A DNA stretch of 64,000 nt from the NCBI GenBank assembly GCA_964016885.1, contig CAXHJY010001203.1, forward strand, positions 1 to 64,000, read 5' to 3'. Below the pieces are notes generated by a model, which was given only the letters and a program-made list of their open reading frames with translations, made no database searches and had not been told where the DNA came from. The position numbers and the translations under genes were made by a program. This document shows, piece by piece, positions 28,918 through 41,245 of the stretch (within the stretch, counting starts at the first letter, position 1; each line of letters opens with the position of its first letter). The stretch comes from Eledone cirrhosa. Taxonomy: Eukaryota.

Positions 28918-30505
28918 CGAAGAAAATGTGGTAAGGAACCAGATGGACCATAACGCACCAAAGTACTCAATACTTAGGGTAGTAGAGTGGGTAATAGGAA
29001 CAAGTAGGACCCCGACGGCTGAGCTCAAGCCGTTTCGACGGCTAATGCTGGACTAAATGAACATTTTTATCCTGGTAAATGAATAGCCGAACTTCTCAGG
29101 GGGTAATTCCATATATGGTAAAAGTGATTGTCACAAGGGTTGGTCAAAAGTTTGTTGTTGAGAAACATGATTCTATCATGGCATTTTGTGGAAGGTAGGG
29201 GTAGCTGAACTTGCCAGTAGAAGAAAGAGGGAGAGGGAGTGGAGGAAACCCAGTCGAGCGTTGAAAGTGACAACTACAGCAGATTCTAATGATAGAAGGT
29301 CGAAAAAAGTATACTAGAGAAGGGGAGGGGAGAGGAAGTTGAAACAATAAGTAAATCTATATGGAGTAAATATATAGAAAAATATAAAAAATATAAAAAA
29401 AACAATTTCTGGTTACTATTCCCCTTCCACAATCATCAAATCTCTCACTGGTACTGCTAAGCTATAGAAAAGTTTAATGGGTGGGACGGAATACTAAATA
29501 CGAGATTGTAGTGAAAGAATTTTATGAGTTAGTAGTAATCGGCCAAATCTATCTTACAATGACAGGTCAACAAGTAGGGGGCCAAAATACTAAAAAACTA
29601 ATACGAAATAATAATTCAGACTCCCGAAACTAATACGAAATATTAATTCAGAATCCCGAAACTAATACGATATATATAAGTACTGCTACAATACATACAT
29701 TCTAATACAAACTACATAAATACTCATACAATAAATATAAAAAACTAATACAGTATATATAAATACTGCTACAATACATAAATTCTAATCCAATCTACAT
29801 AAATGCTCGTACAATATATATGAAAGACTAATACGAAAAATTAATTCAGAATCCCCCCCCCCCCCCCCAAAAAAAAATAAGTACTGATATACGAAAAACT
29901 AAAGCAGAAATACCACTAAGAAATCTAGAAATCACGGAAATGGGGCAGCAGTCAGAGAAGAAAGCAAGTATCTGGGGTCTAGCACATCTGTTATAAAAAG
30001 CGGAATCGGCCAATTCTATCATAAAATAAGGGGGGTGGGGGTACTGAGGTTACAGAGGACCGAGGGGCTACCTAGGGGTGGGCGAGAAGGTGAAAAGAAC
30101 GACGACAAAGAAGGAGATCTGGGGTGGAAGGACTAGGAAGGGATGGGGGAAGAAAGAAATATAGAGGAAACGATAAAAAATATATAAGAAAATATATACA
30201 AAAAAGTTACATCTACCTTTGTAAGCAGGGGTTACCCATTACAAAGTCGGCAAGTGGGGTGTTTCAGCCCTTGTCTATCCCCCCTGGGTCATTATGGAGA
30301 TTGAGGGCGAGGTAAGTCCTACGCAATCTGTGTTTGCATGCAGTTATCAGTTCGTCTTTCTTGTTTAGGAGTTGGTCCGTCGAAAACAGCATTTGTAATG
30401 TTTCCTCCGAGCATAAGTTACACGGACGGTGTCCTCCCGTGTAAGAGTTAGCTCTGGACAGTAAGCTCCAAGTGAGATTATAGGTTATATTGAGGTCCCA
30501 GATGC

Positions 30506-30506
<1 letters not shown>
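28915..30506 (-). mobile_element. 5'-truncated PLE (family E)
   Basis: 30506-30275 translates [66 protein letters not shown] (GIY-YIG C-terminus; absent from ORF track). 3' UTR has tandem repeats at 29595-29850. HHR-like motif at 29009-29104. Tail copies at 16080-16240 and 31590-31782. Confidence 0.88.
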
Positions 30507-30565
<59 letters not shown>

Positions 30566-30676
30566 GTATATCTAATATGTAGGCATGTTAACATGTCAGA
30601 TAAATAAGAATTTCCCTGTAAATCGAAAAAATAATAAACACGTTTAAGCGATATATAGATATATATATATATATAT

Positions 30677-31120
30677 GATGGCTGCAAACACTGCTAAGAG
30701 TATTGCAATCGCTTGTCAGATTACAGAAAATGGTAAACTTTTAGACTACGGCCAGGCACACAAACCTGTAATATATCCTGAACAAGCAATGCCTCTGCTT
30801 TGAAGGTTTTTTTTAAGTGGGGAAAGGCCTTGCACTCGACCAATCTCACTCTCTGAGCATAGAAAACACTACCCGAAAAATAGAACTGGTCGACATCATC
30901 GGTTTTTTTCAGAGTTTCCCTCTCTTATGACAACAACTGGGGACCTTTCAGTCCCAGGTGAAGAAAAAAAAGTACTATTTGGATGGCCGTTGGCTTTGCT
31001 GTGTTCCTCCGCCCTTTGCCGAGTCTTGTGTCGCAGGAATGCGTTGTGTCTTCTATTATAGCCACCTCAGTTTGATTAATACCTTGTGAGTGGAATTTAA
31101 TGAAAACTGCATAAGCCTGT
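30677..31120 (-). mobile_element. Diverged relative of the bipartite RTE-derived element at 9625-10214
   Basis: Shared blocks agccaacggccatcca / agtcaatggccatcca and gccttt..cact.aaaa, plus terminal hairpin ending gcagccatcat. Confidence 0.6.
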
Positions 31121-31121
31121 A

Positions 31122-31187
<66 letters not shown>

Positions 31188-31779
31188 ATAATAATATATA
31201 TAGTAATAATAATAAATTTGAAGACTAAAATCCCAAAAGCGCTCGATAAGGATAAATATATATCAAATATATAAGAACCGTAGAGCAAATATTTATTAAA
31301 ATAACAGATTAAAGTTTAAGCAAAGAATCGCTGCTTTCACCCTTAACGGGATCTTCTGAAACTAACAAAGTCAATCTGTGAACGTAGAAGTGAATATTTC
31401 AAAAAACGTTGCAACCGGAGGAAGACAGGAAGACGATACTTTGGTTCGTGGAAACGTTCCCTGGTAAAGAACGGGAAAAAACGAATATAATACGTTATTA
31501 TTTGGAGCGGTGAAAAACAATTACACGCAAAGACAAAACCACGTTTTTGGTATAAAAGAAGTCGTAGACTAATATTCTCAATATATATATAACGAAGGAA
31601 ACGTGGTAAGGAACCAGGTGGACCATAACGCACCAGAGTACTCAATACTTAGGGTAGTAGAGTGGGTAATAGGAACAAGTAAGACCCCGACGGCTGAGCT
31701 CAAGCCGTTTCGACGGCTAATTCAGGCCAGAATTAGCCGTCGAAACGGCTTGAGCTCAGCCGTAGGGGTCTTACTTGTT

Positions 31780-31857
<78 letters not shown>

Positions 31858-31920
31858 TATACTTATATATATACATATACATATATATATATATATACAT
31901 ATATATATTATATATATACT

Positions 31921-31951
<31 letters not shown>

Positions 31952-32004
31952 ATACATATATATATTATATATATACATATATTATATATATATATATATA
32001 TATA

Positions 32005-32705
32005 TTTCTAGCACCGTGAATGCGATACGGCTAGTTTGGCCTGGCTACACACGTGTAGTCAGACCTGCAACATTTTTGATGTGAGATGTACTAATTTTAC
32101 TGGATTCCTGTTGATAAGCACAGAAGATTTGGATATTTCACTTTTTATTTCTATTCCATTTCGATTCTCTTTATTTTTCAATTCACATACCACCGTTGCG
32201 AAACGGATAAAGGTTTCGAGGTTCAAATTCGTCTACGGAACAGGTTTGGATTTTGAAATTTAAATCTGTCCAGGAAACATGGCCGTTGCCAATATAAGCT
32301 TGTCTTTATTGACTTATATCGAGACAGACAAATTGTATTCACTTTAATTAGTTTATTTCATTAATGGCTAACTTTGTCTGTTGCAATGTAAACACGTTTC
32401 GTGTTTATCATATATTTTAATGTATTTGACTGCTCGGAAAAGCCCCTTTTCTTGGAGCTTAATTATTGTAAACGACTGAGAGTTTATTCTCAAAATATAA
32501 TATAGTATATTGCTCCTTTACTGTAGAGCTGATCTTTAATCCCGCATAAACGGCTGTTATTTCTAGCACCGTGAATGCGAGACGGCTAGTTTGGCCTGGC
32601 TACACACGTGTAGTCAGACCTGAGAAACCCAACTAGGCGAAACGTACGTAGGTGCTATTTTAAATAAACATGTTTTAACGGTCTATTCTCCGATTTCTTA
32701 CTTTC

Positions 32706-32707
<2 letters not shown>
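32005..32707 (+). mobile_element. Non-coding element with ~62-bp direct repeat and 3' HHR-like motif
   Basis: 32005-32067 is repeated at 32560-32622, followed by CUGAGAA-accc aacua ggc-GAAAC-GUAC-GUA-ggu. Flanked by (TA)n. Confidence 0.6.
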
Positions 32708-32776
<69 letters not shown>

Positions 32777-32780
<4 letters not shown>

Positions 32781-33085
32781 TACTTGGGGAGGGTCATATT
32801 GTTGTAATAATATTGCCAGAAATAATAACAGAACACACTCACTGTTTGGTTGGTTTTCGCTTCTGTATCTTTTATATCTCCACAGTTAATTCATTTGGTC
32901 CTCAATGTTTATCATTGACTGACCAACAGTAAAAAAACAGATATAATATAGATATAAACACATATATATAGTCTAACAAAGTTCTTTCGTTGCACATCTG
33001 CAACATCATCAGTGGTAGTATTATGTTCCCCCTGTTGTATTGTATGTCTACGCCATTTTTATTTTATCTGTTTATTTATTTATTA

Positions 33086-33134
<49 letters not shown>

Positions 33135-33243
33135 CTACTTCAAAATATTAATAAATATAGACATTCATGTGATCAAATATATTTTATCATACATATTTCA
33201 GAGGTACTGAACTATTTCGACAGTACGTCCTCATCAGATAAAG

Positions 33244-33285
<42 letters not shown>

Positions 33286-33590
33286 CTGAAGACAGCATAT
33301 ATATGTGTAGGTGTGTATATTTCCTCTGATAGTTTGTAAAATGTTTACATAGATATACATACCAACACACACATATATATCCTAGAAACGATCGTAAAAT
33401 GATGAATTTTTAATATAAGGAACTGGTTCTTTGTTTTTATTCATTATTTTTTATTAATTTATCTTGACTCTGTTTTCCTGGGATTTTCATCGAAAAAAAT
33501 GTTGAATACATCTTCTCTTTTCATGATATTTGGATTACATTGAGTTCTTCATACGGATTGGACAGTACCGTATATTTTAGTAGATTTATC

Positions 33591-33594
<4 letters not shown>
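32777..33594. mobile_element. Three adjacent PLE 3'-end fragments, each with an HHR motif
   Basis: Family H (-), HHR 32973-33018. Another family (-), HHR-like 33183-33242 with AUG at the cleavage site. Diverged family A relative (+) 33281-33594, HHR 33281-33401 (GUA site). Confidence 0.75.
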
Positions 33595-33674
<80 letters not shown>

Positions 33675-33722
33675 TATATATATATATATATATATATTAA
33701 TATATATATATATATATATATA

Positions 33723-33925
<203 letters not shown>

Positions 33926-34407
33926 TTGGTTCCTTTACAGAGAAAAACCACAGACCCTCCATCTCAACTCTACTTTTGAAAAGCAGAAGAACGGCGAAAC
34001 CGGTAAAGGAACCAAATAATATATATATTTTTAAAAAAAATAATACTCCAGTTGCATTTTCGATTTCATCTTTTTTTCTATATATACATATATATTAATA
34101 TATTTATATATATTTATATATATATATATATATATTAATATATTTATATATATATTAATATATATATATTTATATATATATTAATATATATATTTATATA
34201 TATATATTAATATATATATTAATATATATATTTATATATATATATTAATATATATATTAATATATATATTTATATAAACCTCGGTGTAATATATATATTT
34301 ATATATATATTTATATAAACCTCGGTTTGGAGGAAACAGCTGTAAGCACAATAATGTTTTGAACAGTTCTTTGATTCTTATATTTCATATATTTATATAT
34401 ATATATA

Positions 34408-34488
<81 letters not shown>

Positions 34489-34710
34489 TAATGTTCATAC
34501 ACGAAACAAAAGCACTACTTATGGCTTCATGGCCCAATATTGACCATACATCAGATTTTAAGAAGGATAAAACATAATCACTTGAAGATTTGATTCGTCA
34601 CAATTTGCTTCGTCGTTCAATCTGAAGATATGGTCAATATTTGGCCTTGAAACCTTAAGTAGCTCACTTCCCTTATTCAGAACTGTTTTCTGTTCTCACA
34701 GCTACGGATA

Positions 34711-34834
<124 letters not shown>

Positions 34835-37800
34835 ACACACACTAATGTGTGAGTGTAATATAACTGTTAAGAATTTTTATGATAAACTTACACGATGCAT
34901 TTTATACACACGAAATATGTCAGCAAAAACGTCTGCGAGAATCGAAGCTCACACTGCCATATATCGAAAGATGTTAGTCTCAAATTTAGTGTTTATAAGT
35001 GGTTTACTGGATTAAACTGTAAATGTTGTTTTCACTGTCATATCACATGATAATCAGCGGAACAGGAACAATCACTAAACTACCAGTGGACAAGTATCTT
35101 CCATCGTTGACACACACATACGCATACTTATATATAAGTACGTTTGATATAATACAAATAAGAAACCAGTATCAAATTTCCAAATATGTATTCGTTTACC
35201 AATAATTAATAGCTATAATGTTATCACTTAGTCTTTCAGATGTTCTTGGATTGAAAAAAAACAACAAAACTTTTCAACTGTGGTCATTCCATCAATTTTA
35301 GGGACCACATTGCCTGATGTGTTCTATTTAAGAACGTGATTTTGTTGTTGTTTTTAGAGTTTCGTATAATTGGGTGAAGATTCCTTGTTAACTGGTTAAC
35401 CAGTGTGCCATTAAAGACTTACTTTGTGAGATCTCAATGAATAAAGATGAAATAATTATATTTGAAAGAAAATTACATATGTCTAGTCTGATGGTTGTTT
35501 GAATGTTATAACTTGGTTGGAAAGGGAAGGGATACGTCGTAGTTCTTCTTTTAAGCCCTTCTTGATGGGTATAGGATAGCGAGTAAGCTACATTACCCAG
35601 TGGTGGGAGGAAGGTATCCTCAAGCGAGAGACATGGCCTACATGCCTACAACAGAGTGAACTCCTCTAAAGTAACGGCTTGAATCTAAAAACAAAAACAA
35701 GAAACAAAAAAAAAAAAAATAATAATAAGGATCAGTCTTGCCAACGGGTTTTCCCCAGTTTAACCTACTCCTTTAACTTGAGGCTATGATAGAAGATACT
35801 TGCCCAAGCTCCCGTTTAGTGGGACTGAATCCCAAACCATATATCTGTAAGTAAACTTCTTAGCGGCATGTAAATGCCTGTTACATGAAATCAAGTACAT
35901 CTTTAAAGGATGTTTTCAGAGTTTTAGACGATCCGAAGGAGTGCAATCAAAGAAGAAGGAAGGTTAAATATTTGCACAGTTGAAATACGTTCACTCATAA
36001 CCTGTGTGAAAGTACATAGACCTACACATATGCACACACTAACTCGTATATTGTAGCAAGGCAAACCAGACACTTTAAGAAGCCTTGTCGAAATCTATAT
36101 ATTTTAATTATACACCAGGAAAAGAAGAAAACAAAGAATCTGAAATATTTATCAGCTTGAAACTTACTTTGGTTGGAAACAGAGAATCATTTCCAGAAGC
36201 CCTTAATTAACTCAACCACCTTCATTGTCTTCCGAAAGCTCAAATGCTAATTTGTTCGCCGACTTCAGATACGACTGGTCACAATTTAATTGATTTTCTC
36301 TTGAAACTAATTTACAGCCTTCAGCATTTTACACACGTAATATTTCAGAGACGAATTCGAATTATAAAAGTTTATCATCGGCCGTTGAATAAATATTTAA
36401 TTCAATACATTAATTTCTCAATAATCCTTTTACTTACCTTTTTATTTTATTGAAACTACATCTAGAAAAAATAACATTGAGTTGATAAATAATCTAGCCT
36501 TTGTCTTCAAGGATTTATTGTTTCATTAATAAATCATTTAGACAGAAAGTATTGTTTTATATTTTTCTTTGTTATTCTTTTAATAGTTAAATATCTTTTC
36601 TTTAATTCAAAACTGAAACTATGATAAGGCTAAAGATTGACAGATAAATGTCATTTGATGCATTAGTTGTTCTTTGCAGACATTAATAATGTAAGTCGAT
36701 CTTTTTTTGTTTCGTTTATTGTCTTATGAAGCGAAAGCTTTAAATCAATTAATTTATACAACGCCATGCGTATCTGAATAGAATGAAATACGTTCAGCAT
36801 GTGATTTCGCAACAGAAATATCATTACGAAACAACGTAGACGCAGTCTAGAAATAGATGACGAATCTCGCCCACTTCCTCCTTCTAAAAAGAAGCAAGGT
36901 CAAATTGGATAATGTACCCTGGTGTATAATATTCCTAGAAAGTATGGGCTGGTCATAGCTAAAATGCCTTTGATAAAATGTCTGCTCGATCAGTCGTTAA
37001 GCAGTTGAGACTAAACAACAGCTGTGTCTTGGAAATAAATAAAAAAGAATTAATGCTTCTGTTTTGTACTTATTAGCTGTGTTCAGATCTGGTGAAGGGA
37101 TGGGCTACCTCGGGTTTAAAAGGCCCAAGAAACGACGTATTTTACTATAGCACCACTACGACTCCACCGGGAGTTACGGTTTCATACACACATACATTTA
37201 TCACATTAGTACGTGATACTGGATTGCCAAAATCTTAAGGGCGTTGGACCTTGCGGTACTTTTTCCGGTTCTTTAAAACTTAGTTCAAATCTCACGGAAG
37301 TCACGTTGTTATCACCTATGAAATAAAATGCCAGTCAATAGCTAGGATCGATTAAATCGACTAACCCTTCCTTTCAAGTTCCTGGCCTTTCATCTCTTTT
37401 AGAAATAATTATTAATACGCTTGAGTGGCGTATTAGTCTGTGAGATGAATTGGGGCAATTATTTGGACCTTGTAAGCTAAATAAATATTTCCCCTTCATA
37501 TTGAAGATTACAACACAAGCGTCCTCGTTGAGTTGACTTGAGATTCGATATATCTTGAGAATTGTGCTAGCACTATTTTCCTTCTTTCAAAATGTACTCT
37601 AGTCTCACAAATAACAAGCCCAGATTTCCAATGAGGTATTAGGGAAATATTTTATATAAGTTATTTCTTTATCTATCTATATAATACTAAAAGTGTGTGA
37701 TTGCTTGCTTGTTTGCTTGTCTGTAATACAGCCAAAAGGACGCATAATAGGAAAATATTTTGAAAGGAAGTTGCCTCTGAAATGGGAATACAAATGGAAT

Positions 37801-37969
37801 AAAACAAATTTCGTGTAAATTGGACCACGGGTTCCCGAGATATGGGATTTTTCCGGGTACCTTCATAAATAAAGAGAGAGAAAGATAGAGAGGAAGAGAC
37901 AGTGGTTGTAACAGAGTAGATTGAAAGAGAAACATAGAGAGAGGTAAAAGGGGACAGAGAAAGAGAATT

Positions 37970-38036
<67 letters not shown>

Positions 38037-38756
38037 TTTGTGTATATGTGTGTGTGTGTCTATGGGGCAGTTGGCTAGTCTGCAGCAGTTGTCATGTCTG
38101 GTGGAGTATCTTTTGGCTAGCTGTCCGCGCAGAGAAGGACCTGAGTGGGCCAGTTGGATATCTAGTCTTTCTCGTCTGATGGCTCTGCGGGTGGCTGTTG
38201 TTGTTTCTTCACTGAAGTGTGGGAGCTTCAGGAAGCAAGTGTTAGTGCCTCGGGTGTGGTGTCCTCTGTTCTTTCTGGCACGGTTTGTGGTGGATGTCGT
38301 GTATCCGTTCAGTTTGAGTACTTCCAGGAAATGTGTGGTGTGTGTGTCTCGGTCTCTAGCGTCGGTGCATTTGTTCCGGATACGTGCCAGTTCATTCCTT
38401 ATGTATCCGAACTTGGCGCCGAGTGGGAGGGCCGATCTGAAATGTACGAACAGGTCCCTGCTGGCGGCTTTTTTATAGAAGCAGGTGTGAATGTTGCCAT
38501 CCTCTGTTACCCTGAGTTGGAAGTCCAGTAGGGATAGGGATCCGCGGTCATCGGGCTGCTCCATGCTGAACTTTATACTGGCGTCCATGCTGGAGAATGT
38601 TGTGTATATTTTATCCTACATATCGGGTGAAGAAGGCATGGGAATGGCAGGTGTTGAGGGCTCAGCATTCTAGCTGGTTCATGTAGGTGATGGCCAGCAG
38701 GCCCGATAGGCTGGATCCCATGGGTAATCCTGTTGTCTGTCAGTATGTGTGGTGGA

Positions 38757-40642
38757 TATCGACTCTCGGCAACAACACCACGGAATCTATCAAACCCAGA
38801 TTCCCGATATACCAACTTGATCGCCCACTCTGTCCACCTCCTGCCAACCGCGAGCTTGAAGAAAAACTCTCGAGACTAAAACATTCCGTATTTAACATCT
38901 TACGGAAACAGAAGAAGATAGCCCCAAACCTCTCCAGGACACAACAACTCGCCCTGAAGAACCTACGGAATAGGGAACTTATATACTTACCATCCGACAA
39001 AGGTAAAGAGTTTTGCGTCATCTCTCAAGCCACATACAATAACCTAGCCTTTGAACACCTAAGCGACAATGAATTATACACAGAGATCCCGGACATGACT
39101 GCAGCCCAGATAGGAAAACAGACCAACTCCATTTGGTTCGATATCTGTAGGAGAAGACAACTCCCAAATAAAGTTAAGCTCAACTACACCACTAGAAATA
39201 GCAGACTACCCACTTTCTACCACCTCATCAAGACCCACAAGAATAGCACTAAGACGCAAATAAGACCCATCGTCTCTAGCATAGAAGGACCCCTATACAA
39301 AATTTCTTGGCTCCTCTCCCAGGTCCTCAAGCCTCTACTCTCCACCTTTCCCGGGCATGTCAGTAGCTCCAACGAAGTTATACGTAGACTACACCAACTC
39401 CAGCCAGAACAACTTAAACTAAATAAATACGCTTTTAGCCTCGACGTTGCCTCACTCTACACTACAGTCCTCGCTCATCCAGCTGTCGATTTATTGACGG
39501 ACTGCGTGGTCGCAGAGGACATCCACTGCTACGGCCTCCACCCGACGGACATACACCAGCTTTTGTCCTTCACAGTAGACAACACGTACTTCACCTTCCA
39601 CCACCACGCATACAGGCAGACAACAGGATTACCCATGGGATCCAGCCTATCGGGCCTGCTGGCCATGACCTACATGAACCAGCTAGAATGCCGAGCCCTC
39701 AACACCTGCCATTCCCATGCCTTCTTCACCCGATATGTAGATGACATACTCATCCTCACATCATCCCGTGAGGAGGCAGATAAAATATACACAACATTCT
39801 CCAGCATGGACGCCAGTATAAAGTTCAGCATGGAACACCCCGATGACCGCGGATCCCTATCCCTACTGGACTTCCAACTCAGGGTAACAGAGGATGGCAA
39901 CATCCACACCTGCTTCTATAAAAAAGCCGCCAGCAGGGACCTGTTCGTACATTTCAGATCGGCCCTCCCACTCGGTGCCAAGTTCGGATACATAAGGAAC
40001 GAACTGGCACGTATCCGGAACAAATGCACCGACGCTAGAGACCCAGACACACACACCACACATTTCCTGGAAGTACTCAAACTGAACGGATACACGACAT
40101 CCACCACAAACCGTGCCAGAAAGAACAGAGGACACCACACCCGAGGCACTAACACTTGCTTCCTGAAGCTCCCACACTTCAGTGAAGAAACAACAACAGC
40201 CATCCGCAGAACCATCAGACGAGAAGGACTAGATATCCAACTGGCCCACTCAGGTCCTTCTCTGCGCGGACAGCTAGCCAAAAGACACTCCACCAGACAT
40301 GAGAACTGCTGCAGACTAGCCAACTGCCCCATCAACGACACAGACCTATGCCACCAGGCTTACGTCGTATACAGACTAGAGTGTGACAAATGCAACAACT
40401 TCTACGTAGGTAGCACCACCAGACCACTCCACATAAGAATAAAAGAACACCTCAATACTAACGCTTCCTCATTTAAGAAACACCTAGTTAAATGCAAAAA
40501 CACCGACAAAACCATAACAGTTAGGATAGAAACTAACGAAAGAAACCTCGGCAATCTTAGAATTAAGGAAGCACTAATTATAGATAAAACACAACCACCT
40601 ATCAATAATAGACTAGAACTCAACACCCAATTTATAACCTGA
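38757..40642 (+). CDS. PLE RT plus GIY-YIG endonuclease, N-terminally truncated open frame
   Basis: PSDKGK, FYHLIKTHK, IRPIVS, FSLDVASLYT, YRQTTGLPMGSSLSG, RYVDD, IKFSME, SLLDF; Cys linker CCRLANCP..C; VVYRLECDKCNNFYVGSTTRPLHIRIKEH, IKEALII, PPINN. The ORF-track start at 38687 lies inside the inverted segment and is spurious. Confidence 0.93.
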
Positions 40643-41035
40643 TAGGGCTTCTAGCCCCATATTTACACACCCCATACACACACACGCTTACACCTCCACT
40701 TATTCTCTCTCACACATACACACACAAAACCAGTTCTAACACCAGATAACACCTATCCCCCACATTTACGAATAGACTTATCTTCTTCTCACACTCACAC
40801 ACACACACACTCACATACTTACACCTTCATGCATTCTCCCACACACTTAAACAGGCATGTATATAAAAAAAAAATAACCCCCCCCCCCCTAACAAACCTA
40901 TTTTCACCAGGGAGACTACTCATTATCCACCTAATTTTAACTCTTTGACATTAGAGATAGAACAGATACTCTATACTATTTCCTGCCAGCATGGCTTGGC
41001 AAGATATTTAGAACGCTGGTTTGAGACATTTATCT

Positions 41036-41072
41036 CCCTCTGAAGAAGAGATATTATCTCGAAAATTAAGGA
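41036..41072 (+). ncRNA. Minimal type I hammerhead ribozyme
   Basis: ccu-CUGAAGA-a gagau auu aucuc-GAAA-AU-UA-agg. Typical PLE 3' UTR minimal HHR with AAUU palindromic stem III. Confidence 0.75.
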
Positions 41073-41186
41073 CGTTTAAAATAAAGCTAAGGTAAAAGAC
41101 GAATTGTCAACAATATCTTTTGCAATTGCATTCTTTTTTCTATGTCCATACCTGCATTGTTTTGGCTTTATTATACATATTCAAAC

Positions 41187-41245
<59 letters not shown>

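Larger units (their letters stand above)
38060..41190 (+). mobile_element. 5'-truncated PLE of a second clade (YVDD; Penelope/Nematis/Neptune-like) with inverted internal duplication at the 5' end
   Basis: ORF to 40642. 38060-38756 is an inverted copy of ~39600-40333. Minimal HHR at 41036-41072. 3' end runs into (TA)n; 5' end abuts (GA)n/(TG)n. Confidence 0.92.

Noticed and set aside
38687-38756. N-terminus MMASRPDRLDPMGNPVVCQYVWW of the 651-aa ORF
   Set aside because: It is the antisense of the RT motif B region inside the inverted duplicate, in frame by chance.
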